Source: Antedon mediterranea
Taxonomy: Eukaryota; Animalia; Echinodermata
Assembly: GCF_964355755.1 (NCBI RefSeq)
Contig: NC_092670.1
Location: 32,910,388 to 32,974,387 of the forward strand
DNA: 64,000 nt
Reading direction: 5' to 3'
A model generated the notes under the pieces. That model was not told the origin of the DNA and made no database searches. It saw only the letters and a list, made by a program, of their open reading frames with translations. This document shows, piece after piece, positions 13,601 through 23,876 of this stretch (positions within the stretch are counted from its first letter, which is position 1; each line of letters starts with the position of its first letter). The translations under genes were made by a program, and so were the position numbers.

Positions 13601-14611
13601 ACATAGATGCGTCTTGCCAGACACATACTCTAAAGACAAAACTTGTATTATATTTTATTTTACAGACAAAATGCATGGAAAATGGGCTTCCATTTGGAAC
13701 GGGTCCAATTGTCACATCACTGGAGCGTGTGCTACAAAAAAATCGCATCCAACGGCAAGCCTATCATGGTAAATCATTTATTGGTAACCATGTTCATAAA
13801 TGTTGTCAGGTAAATTAACTATTCTTTTAATTGATATTGTTTCAACTGTTAATTATTAAAATTGTAGTTTTTAAAATGTATATTTGTTTTTAATAGGACC
13901 ATGTTAGGAATGAACTAGTGAATGCTCCACTACATGAAATGAAAATTCAAGAAGCTGAGATTCCTATCGGAAAAATTCAGCTAATTGACAAAAGAGTAAA
14001 AGAATTGGTCACCAAGTACGATGCACTCCTTTCAAAATTTTCTAGGGTTCACAACAACTTGAATCATTCAAAACCTGTCACAGATGTTGATATTCAAGGA
14101 AATGGTAATGTAATTATGCTTACCTTTCAAGGTATTCCTTAGACATGCCATTGTTTCTTTTCCTACAACACACTGCAACTGTTTCTTTTCTCTTCTACAA
14201 AAAAAATTCAGATGAAGCCATAAAAGACTTTATGGAGGAATATCGAAAAACCAACAAAAGTATATCTCCAAAATTACATATGCTCGAGGAACATGTCATT
14301 CCCCAATTAAAGGCTTGGAGATTTGGTCTGGGACTGGTTAGCGAGCAAGGTGGGGAGTCTATTCACGCCGCGCTTAATAAAAGGAAAAGAACAGTTGCTG
14401 GGATGCATGACAGACTTGGACAGTTAACATCCATGATGCGGTCACATGCAATTACCACTCAGCCATGCATAATAGAAGAAATAGTTGAACCCAAAAGAAG
14501 AAAAATTGGTAACAATTTACACTTTATTGATTACACTATTTGTGCTTTTTAGCTCCCTGCTCACCAAAAATTAAATAAACCTGTTTATATTTTTCAGAAA
14601 AAGAAGAATAA
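10687..14611 (+). CDS. Spliced RAG1-like/Chapaev DDE transposase, about 937 aa, 11 exons
   Basis: Exons 10687-11514, 11631-11911, 12029-12235, 12386-12616, 12702-12778, 12950-13146, 13248-13577, 13666-13809, 13897-14104, 14212-14508 and 14598-14611 are all GT-AG and join to a 2814-nt open frame. Motifs: H-x7-CRVCG...HPPFICKNC...WRQH..SCFTC, RING CQIC...CSHHYCSSC...CLVC, NGRP, GGDKGG, FGDYEYL, CLFC, PSLHLSLG, PKLHMLEEH, SEQGGESIH. The last tiny exon is the least certain. Confidence 0.9.
12840..12918. repeat. Perfect palindrome with 39-bp arms in transposase intron 5
   Basis: AAAAATGCTAAAATATGCAGTAATACAGTATAAATAAAA, a single T, then its exact reverse complement. Confidence 0.9.
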
Positions 14612-15904
14612 AGTACACGACAATGAATGCGAAATAAAAGAAAATATAGGCTTACTGATAAATCTGACGGAGTGCCATCTTCTTCTTTATTATGGATTCT
14701 CTTATGAACCACACTTGCATCAATAAAGTAGTCGTACTTGTTTGTGTTGGTGGTATTTTTGGAACCTGTAGTACAATTTTTGAATTATAAATATTTATCA
14801 TCATTATTTAAAAAAATGGTGGACTAGCGATTGAAATACATGATGAAATATTATATTATAATTAGGACTATACTGTCAAAATTAAAATCAAAATTTTATT
14901 TTTTATTCTACAAATGCAATGCTGTTGCTGCCATAGTTTAGTAATATTCAAGCCATAGGAAGATAGACTATGATATTTTCACATTTTCTACTGTAGAATA
15001 ACTTAGGCCCTCATGAAAGCTAGTTAGTAAGTATACCTATCCTCCTAGGCCTACCTATGTCTTGATGGTACCATATTAAAAAATTAGGCCTAGCCTAGCT
15101 AGATAGAGCTGTTACTAAAGCCTGGCCCTGCTGATTTCCCCTCTTAACGACATATACTTGGGCTAGGCCTACTAAGAGTATATTATTCTTATTCTAGGCC
15201 TAGGCCTATACAGTATTTATTTTTCGTGGCTTAAACCTAGTACTAGGTGACAAACCTTTGTTAGGCCTAGGCCTTTAGCAGCACACCCACGTGTGCAAAA
15301 CAGGCAAATGGGCCCCGACTTTCTGTGTATATAATTATTAAACTGGATTAGACGTCAGCGAGATTTTTTAAATATTGTTTATCAAGTTTTTGAATTTTCA
15401 CATCGACTAGGCGCCGATGTTTATGTAAATTGCAAAAAAAATATATAACCTCACCATTACCCTGTAATTAAACTGCTATTTTTTACTGTTTTTTGTCGCA
15501 AAATAGACGTAAGATTTCAATACTCATATCTCGTGAAGTCTTGAGAAACGGAGTGACCGCTGGCTTCGAATATCAATTACACGCCTTCTTCTTCGAATAT
15601 AACATGAATATTCATTAAATTTTCAATTATGACACTGTCTATTGGTCAGTTTATTCCCTCTCTTTTACCAGGGTATTAAAAATAGTCTTCCGGGTATTTA
15701 AACTAGCGCCCTCTATAACATAAAATAAGAAAAAGCGAGCATCGAAACTATAGAGGGCTCACCACTTTTTGTCTCGCTGGAAACTGCCGTGAGTATCATT
15801 GTGTTACTAAATAGGCCTATATAAGCCTATAATACAATATTGTGTGTATAAATGTTGCGTGGTTTCGGCGACGCGAGACACGTGTGTCAGATAGGCGATA
15901 GCGA

Positions 15905-17019
15905 TACCCTTTTTACACTATCGACTGAGAGAGGAACACGAGTTGAACTCGGAGGCAATTTCCATTTACACTAGCCAAAAAAACTGCGAGATGAACTCGA
16001 GTTGCGCCCATTTACACTACATCAATCACCCCGGTGCTGTCAATCAAATTACTATTGCAAGCGCACACGTGGAACTTAACTGACTATGGTTTAAACGTTT
16101 AAACACTGGAACATATCGACAAATCTCATATAAAAACATAATAATCCGAATTTACACACAATTTATTTAATTTTGAATATAGCACAGTGTTATATTTCTT
16201 TGTGGCTATTAAGATTATAATTTATTATTTTAAAAATTAGGGCCTAAAAATTATTTTTCTTTTTAAAATGACTGCATTTCCGCCTTGTAGACTGCACGTA
16301 CATTAAATAGGCCCTAAATTGTTAGGTTGCCGTAAAAATAGGTAAGTATTTAAAATAAAAAATGTATTTGTTAATTAGCATAACAATCAATGAAGGAAAA
16401 TTATTATATGGTACTTTTTCAGTTCCTAAAAAAGATATCATTTTCATCCATTGAGACGTCAGTATTATATATATTTTTCCCTTTTTCAATAATTAAGCCT
16501 ACATAGAATCGGCCACCAGGGTAGAGTTACACAATATTACATTATTTTAGGCTTTCTGGTAAGGTAGAATGCACACGAACATTTCAATATTTTCAGTAGA
16601 AAAGAAAAGTCATAAATTTTTTTGTGCCTTTAAAAGAAAATAACGAACAGCACAACATATCGTACAATTATTGTTTTAAGCAAAAAAGGTGTATTTTAAG
16701 CAAAAAAACCTATTTTGTTTGCATAATATATTGTATTTCTGTGACAACATGTTAAATTTTCACGTCAATGACCTTTAACAGCTCGGTGTTGAACCACAAA
16801 AACCGTTTACACTTCGTGTCTCCGATGTAGATTCGACTACACCGGAGAAGGTACACCGGAAAACATTCAGCTTCGTTTCACCCCGGGGAGAGCACACCGG
16901 GGTGGTTGGATTTCCCATTTACACCAGTCAATAAAAACCACAACACCGGAGTTTAACGGCCCGGTGTACTAACAACTGCGGGGTTACACCGCTGTTACGG
17001 TGATAGTGTAAAAGGGGTA
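15905..17019. mobile_element. PIF/Harbinger-type MITE
   Basis: TIRs TACCCTTTTTACACTATC and GATAGTGTAAAAGGGGTA (1 mismatch), 3-bp TSD CGA, repeated subterminal TTTACAC motifs, no ORF. Confidence 0.75.
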
Positions 17020-17916
17020 CGAGACGTGTGTTGTACTGTGTTAATGCTGATCCGATAGTCGTTAAGTTGTACTGATTTCGAGTACCTGGTGATCTGATCC
17101 CCCCAAAAAATACTTTTTTTAAATCAGTATTAATATTATTATTTTAGATAGATGCCTAGCTTTAAGAGATTTAATTTGACAAATTTAAGTGTTCTCATAC
17201 ATTACATAAGAAACTATCCACATAGACCTACAGTACCGGTATACATTTAACAACAGCCTTATTATAGAATATTACTCATTTGATAAGAAGAATATTTAAT
17301 TACCAAGCATTAGTTATTCTTTTTTACCACTTTTCGAATATATATTAGAGGATTTTATTTGATTATAAATGTTACACTATTATTAAAATTTAAAAAACAT
17401 ATTCCTTAAATAAGCACCTCCCTCAAATGAACTCCGCCTCCCCATCTCAGCCCGATAAGGGCCCTACCAAACAATACACACTACATGTCTACTTTAAAAT
17501 GTTAATAATCATCTCATCAGACACTGTGAAACAGAGTAGGTTTAGTTTTACGAATGTTAAGCATTTTCAATAATAGTAACCAACAGAAAACGTACAAGGA
17601 GAACGTCCTTACCCGAGTTATATCATTCCGAGAACCATCGTCCAGTGGCGGATCTAGCGCCCCCCCCCCCCCCACCTATCATTTCGACGGTAATCAATCA
17701 CCGATGGTTTGCACATTTTTATAGTGAAAATATTACGTTGTACATTGATAAAGCACATCGTCAGCTTGTTCGCATTCAACCAAGCTTGTACGTCGACATC
17801 CTTTGTGTACTATCAATCTCTAGTGTTAGGCTACCAACGATCAATCACAGTTAAGAAGTGTAAAAGTAGCAAGTTAATAAAAGACACGTGGTGAACTTGG
17901 TGGTGTTCTAGCAGGT

Positions 17917-20900
17917 TAGGCTAGTCAATCTAGCAAAAAAAACAGCCCAAAGTGAAACAAATTGCAAACAGAGATTTTTCTTTTTTAAATGGTCATATAT
18001 GATGAGGAGATCAAAATTTGAGCATCACACCTCTGTCACTCATCCCGATGATATGCAAATTAGCTTAAATATGCAAATTAGGGTGAAATTACAAGGTTAC
18101 CATATCTCAAAAACTACTAGTCCGAGAGAGTTGATTTTTTCACTGATCTATTCAAAATGTATATATTTATATTTACTCTAATGAAACATTTTACGAAAAA
18201 ATGACCGGAAGTACAACATTTGACCTTCGACCTCATTTCTCAATGTTTGCATATACAATGTGACTAAAATGTCTGTAGAGACTTTATTTTGCCCTCAAAT
18301 GACCCAGACATAGGTTCCTAATAGCCAGCATAGGATCACTTTGTAATTCCCAAAATCACACCTTTGTCACACACCTCGAAAGTATGCAAATTAGTAGTAC
18401 AATTTAAATAAAATATGCAAATAAGGAGAAAAAATTACAGTTGTCCTATATCTCGAAAACCACTAATGCTAGAGAGCTGATTTTTTCACAGCCGTATTCA
18501 AAATGTACATATTTCTATTTGCTCCAATGAAACATTTTACAAAAAATTGACCGGAAGTATGACATTTGACCCTCGACCCCATTTCTCAATAATGCATGAA
18601 ACTAAAATGTCTGTAGAGACTTTGTTTTGCCGTCAAATGACTCCGATACAGGTTTCTAATAGCCAACATAGGACTGTTTAGTAGATCTCAAAATCACACC
18701 TGTATCACTCACCTCCAAAGTATGCAAATTAGTACAAGTTACATGAAATATGCAAATTAGAAGGTGAAATTAAAGGTTCCTATATATCGAAAACCACTAA
18801 GGCTAGAGAGTTGATTTTTTTAATAACTTGTTCAGAATGTACATATTTATATTTACTCTAATGAAACATTTTATGAAAAAATGACCGGAAATACAACAAT
18901 TGACCCTCGACCCCATTTATTAATGTTTGCATACATAATGCGACTAAAATGTCTGTAGAGACTTTGTTTTGGACTCAAATAACTCGGATATATGTTTGCT
19001 ATAGTCAGCATAGGACCGCTTTGTAATTCCCAAAATCACGCCTTCGTTTTGGCATGGTTGGAATTCCCTTTTTTCGTATTAGTTTATGTACAGCGCTTAG
19101 AGGTTACACAACATTAGGCGCTATATAAATCCAGGATATTATTATTATTATTTCTCAATATTTACATATAATGCAACTAAAATGTATGTACAGACTTTGT
19201 TTTGGCCTCAAATGACTCGGATACAGGTTTTATATAGCCAGTATAAGTCAAGCACCTCGAAAGGATGCAAATTAGTAGTACAAGCTATATGAAATATGCA
19301 AGTTACAGTGAATTGCCTTATGTATCTCGAAAACGCTAATGACCGAGAGAGAGATATGGCAACTTTCTTGTACTACTGATTTGCATACTTTCAAGCGAAG
19401 TAACAGAGGTGTGATTTTGAGAATTACTAAACAGTTCTATGCTGGCTATAGAAAACCTGTATCTGGGTCATTATTGAAAAAAAAAATTATCAAAAGTATG
19501 ACATTTGACCCTCGAACCTATTTCTCAATATTTGCATATAATGCAACTAAAATGTATGTACATACTTTGTTTTGGTCTCAAATGACTTGGATACAGGTTT
19601 TATATAGCCAGTATAGGATCGTTTAGTAATTCCAAAAGTCAAGCAACTCGAAAGTATGCAAATTATTAGTACAAGTTATATGAAATATGCAAATTACAGC
19701 CTTATGTATCTCGAAAAACGCTAATGACCGATAGAGATATGGCAACTTTCACCTCTTGTACTACTAATTTGCATATTTTCTAGGGAAGTAACAAAGGTGT
19801 GATTTTGAGAATTACTACAGTTCTATGCTGGCTATAGAAAACCTGTATCTGAGTCATTTGAGGCCAAAACAGTCTGTACAGATATTTTAGTTGAATTATA
19901 TGAAAATATTGAGAAATAGGGTCAAGGGTCAAATGTCATAATTCAATCAAGACAATTTTTGCATAAAATGTTTCATTACAGCGAATATAAATATGTACAT
20001 TCTGAATCAACTCTGAATTCAAATCAACTCTCTAGCATTAATGGTTTTCGAGATATGGGAAGACTGTAATTTCACCCCTAATTTGCATATTTCATGTAAC
20101 TTGTACTAATAATTTGCATACTTTCAAGGTATGTGACAAAGATGTGATTTTGGGAATTACAAAGAGGTCCTATGCTGACAATAGGAAAACTGTATCCGAG
20201 TCATTTGAGTCCAAAAAAATTATCTACAGACATTTTAGTCGCATTATGTATGCAAACATTGATAAATAGGGTCAAGGGTCAATTGTTGTATTTCCGGTCA
20301 TTTTTTCGTAAAATGTTTCATTAGAGCAAATATAAATATGTACATTCTGAACAAGTTTTTGAAAAAATCAACTCTCTAGCGGTTTTCGATACATATAGGA
20401 ACCTGTAATTTCATCCCCTAATTTGCATATTTCATGTAACTTGTACTAATAATTTTCATACTTTGAAGGTGAGTGATACAGGTGTGATTTTGAGATTTAC
20501 TAAACATTCCTATGTTGGCTATTAGAAACCTGTATCCGAGTCATTTGAGGGCAAAACAAAGTCTCTACAGACATTTTAGTTTTCATTATATATGCAATAT
20601 TGAGAAATGGGGTCGAGGGTCAAATGTCATAGTTCCGGGAATTTTTTTGTAAAATGTCTCATTACAGCAAATATAAATATATACATTTTAAATATTTTGG
20701 TGAAAAAATCAACACTCTAGCATTAGCTGTTTTCGAGATATGGCAACACTGTAATTTCACTCCCTAATTTGCATATTTAATATTACTTGTACTACTAATT
20801 TGCATACTTTCGAGGTGCGTGACGAAGTTGTGATTTTAGGAATTATAATACAGTTCTATGGTGGGTATTGAAAAACAATATCCAAGTCATTGAGTCCAAA

Positions 20901-21260
20901 ATAAAGTCTCTACAGACATTTTAATCACATATTTATGTAAATATTGAGAAATGGGGTCAAGGGTCAAAATCTGGTACTCCCGGACATTTTTATGTAAAAT
21001 GTCTCATTAGAGCAAATATAAATATATATATTCTGAACCAGACTGTGCAAAAATGAACTCTCTACGATTAGTAGTTTTTAAGATATGGTAACCCTGTAAT
21101 TTCACCCTAATTTGCATATTTAAGCTAATTTGCATACCTTCGGGATGAGTGTCAGAGGTGTGATGCTCAAAAAATAATCACCTTATCATATGTAACCATT
21201 TAAAAAAAAAAATCTCTGTTTGCAATTTGTTTCACTCAAAATGCTAGATTGACTAGCCTA
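17917..21260. mobile_element. Non-autonomous Academ-like foldback element made of inverted arrays of roughly 300-360-bp units
   Basis: Termini TAGGCTAGTCAATCTAGCA and TGCTAGATTGACTAGCCTA, 3-bp TSD GGT, long inverted arms of repeated units. TAG...CTA ends with a 3-bp TSD fit Academ. Confidence 0.75.
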
Positions 21261-21326
21261 GGTCTGTATCTTTGTGATCGCACTCCCGTATTGTAGAGTA
21301 GCGGTACCTCCGACGATCAATCACAG

Positions 21327-23876
21327 TCTTCTTCTTCTTCTTTCCCTTTTCAGGGAATTTATTGGTTCAAAGTATATTGGCCTTTGGCCCTAATACAAAC
21401 AAATACAAATTAACTATAACTTAAGATAATGGTTTCTTCTTTCAAAAGCAAAGTAGACGTATTTTCCTAAATTATAAGTAAAATTTGTGTTGGAAAGTAA
21501 TAAACAAAGCTTATTAATAGAAGGAAAAACACGAATAAATCTTGGAATAAAACTTTTTTTTAAATCATTGTAAAATGTGCATTGCAAAATAAAATGATAT
21601 TCATCCTCAACAATGTTCTTTTTACATAATTTACACGTTCTCTTATATCTTTCTACACCCTCCCATCTGCCCTTTTCAATTTCTAGCTCTAATATCCCTA
21701 AACGTAACTTAGTTAATAATCTTCTTTGTTTAAAATTAATGATGTTGGTCAAGTGATAACTTAAACATATTTCTTTTTTATAAAGAGAAAAGAGCCTTAA
21801 CTTATTATGTGAACTAAATTTTTGAATGCATTTTTGTTTTTCAATATCACATAAGCGCAACTTAAATTCTCTCAAAAATAAACCTTTACTATTAACATAT
21901 TGTTGTAACCATATATAACCAAAACCAGTAGAAAAGAGTAAGTGTTTGACCTGTTGTGCCCAACAATTCTCATTACGGTTAACTTTTCTAAGTTGAAATT
22001 CATAACACTTAAAAATGAATCTGTCATGATCTAAAGTAATAATATGTAACCAAAATCTTATAACTGTAACTAAACAATCCACAGAAAGTGGTAATCTACC
22101 TAACTCAGAAGTAACAGCGGCATTTGGTGCATTTTTTCCAACTTGCAATAAATATCTACAAAATTTAGTATGTGTTTTTTCTATAATGTTTGTGCTATCT
22201 GACATTCCCCAGATTTCGCTTCCATACGTTAAAATAGGAAGTATTTTCACATCAAAAATATGGTTCCATGTATTAATTGGAAGAAAAGATAAGTTACGAT
22301 AAATGAATGATTTTAAGCAGAATAAACTTTGATTTGCTTTTTGTTGATTATGTTGCATTGAGTTGTTCCATGCACCATTTGAACTAAAAATAACACCAAG
22401 ATAATTATACGAATTAACAATTTTTAATTGAATATTTTTATACTTCCATTTTTCAATGTTCCTTAAATTGCGGCCATTTTTAAAAACCATAATTTTGGAT
22501 TTTGTAGTGTTTACAGTAAGTTTCCAAGTATCACAATAAAGTTCAAGTTTATTTATTAATTTTTGGAGACCTTTCACCGTATCACTAACAAGCACTAAGT
22601 CATCTGCATAAAGAAGATGATTCATATGACAATCTCCAATTTGAATGAAATCGTTTACCTGATTAAGTATACCACTCAAATCATTAATGTAAATATTAAA
22701 GAGTAAAGACGACAACGGAGAACCTTGTTGTACTCCAATCGAACAATTAAAAGATGGACTAAGTTTGTTGCCAATTTTAACATGAGCAGATAAGTTTTGG
22801 TATAAGGAATTTATTATGTGTAACATTCTGCCTGAAACACCGATACATTTCAACTTATGTAGTAAAAGTGTATGATTTATAGAGTCAAAGGCACGTTTAA
22901 GATCAACAAAACAAACAAAAATCCTACCCCGCTTTTTATCTAAGTATTTAGAGATGAGGGTATCTAAAATGAATATATTATCTGTCGTTCTATATCCCTT
23001 ACGAAAGCCTGCTTGTTCCTCATGAATTAACTTTTTACTATTTGTAAATTGTGTTAACCTAGAATTAAGAATATTTAAAAATATTTTTCCTAGGATTGGA
23101 ATTAAAGAAATACCTCTATAATTTTCAGGTTTGTTTTTATCTCCATTTTTAAAAATTGGAACGATTAAGCTTGTTGCCCATTGTTTGGGAAATTTTTCAA
23201 CTAGAAATATGGCGTTAAAAAGAATTTTTAAATAATCAAAAATAATGTTGGGGGCGTTTAGCAAAAATTCAAAATTCATTCCATCAATGCCGGGAGCTTT
23301 TCCACTATTTTGAGAATTAAATGCTTTTTTTATTTCATCCAACGTTATGTCGTGGTCTAAATTATCATCGTCTTCATTCTGTTGGCATTCTGTGATTTTT
23401 GGCAACTCAGCGCTACCAATAGACTCATCGTTTTTAAATAGGTTCTTAAAATGAATATAACATTGATTAATAGAAAGTTCGCAAGATAATTTCTGTTTTG
23501 TCTTCAACTTCATCCAAAACGTTTTGCTATCCTTTGTATTGAGTGAATCGATAATTTGTTTGCGTATTCTTTTATGAAAGTTATTTTTTTTGCATTTTAA
23601 TAGCGATTTATATTGCTTTTTTATCTGAATATAATTATTTAAAAAAGGTTGAGTGCGCATAATTCTAAATCTCTTTAATGATTGTTTAACCTGCATTTTA
23701 AGGTTCTTACAATCTTTATCAAACCATTCGTTTCGTTTTGTAGAAGTTGAAGATTTACTTGTTTGTGTATACTTAATTCCTTTACATACGTATTCAAAAA
23801 TTTTACATAAATGTGAAACTGCCTCACATTTATGTAAAATTTTTGAAAAGTGCATCATTAAAACTGCATTTGACAT
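21327..23876 (-). mobile_element. 5'-truncated LINE (RTEX/CR1-group-like) with uninterrupted RT ORF 21414-23876
   Basis: KAPGIDG, PENYRGISL, EEQAGFRKG, FVDLKRAFD, QQGSPLS, LYADD and C-terminal CKLC...EDEYHFILQC. (GAA)n tail at 21327-21340. No endonuclease domain visible. Confidence 0.9.

Larger units (their letters stand above)
10026..15791 (+). mobile_element. Full-length Chapaev-type (RAG1-related) DNA transposon, 5766 bp
   Basis: Termini CACGGCAGTTTC and GAAACTGCCGTG. Inner inverted block CGAGACAAAAAGTG at 10050-10063 and 15763-15776. 4-bp TSD AGTA at 10022-10025 and 15792-15795. CAC...GTG ends, 4-bp TSD and the Chapa zinc finger are the defining Chapaev characters. Confidence 0.92.

Noticed and set aside
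14612-15760. Convergent RAG2-like gene inside the transposon
   Set aside because: Only about 1.1 kb is available, with no ORF and no kelch or PHD motifs. One possible minus-strand exon (about 14656-14765) translates to nothing recognisable.
10026-15791. Calling the element true RAG1, ProtoRAG or Transib
   Set aside because: The 4-bp TSD, GGDKGG and SEQGGES core motifs, D-x69-D spacing and lack of RAG2L fit Chapaev better, so no gene symbol is assigned.
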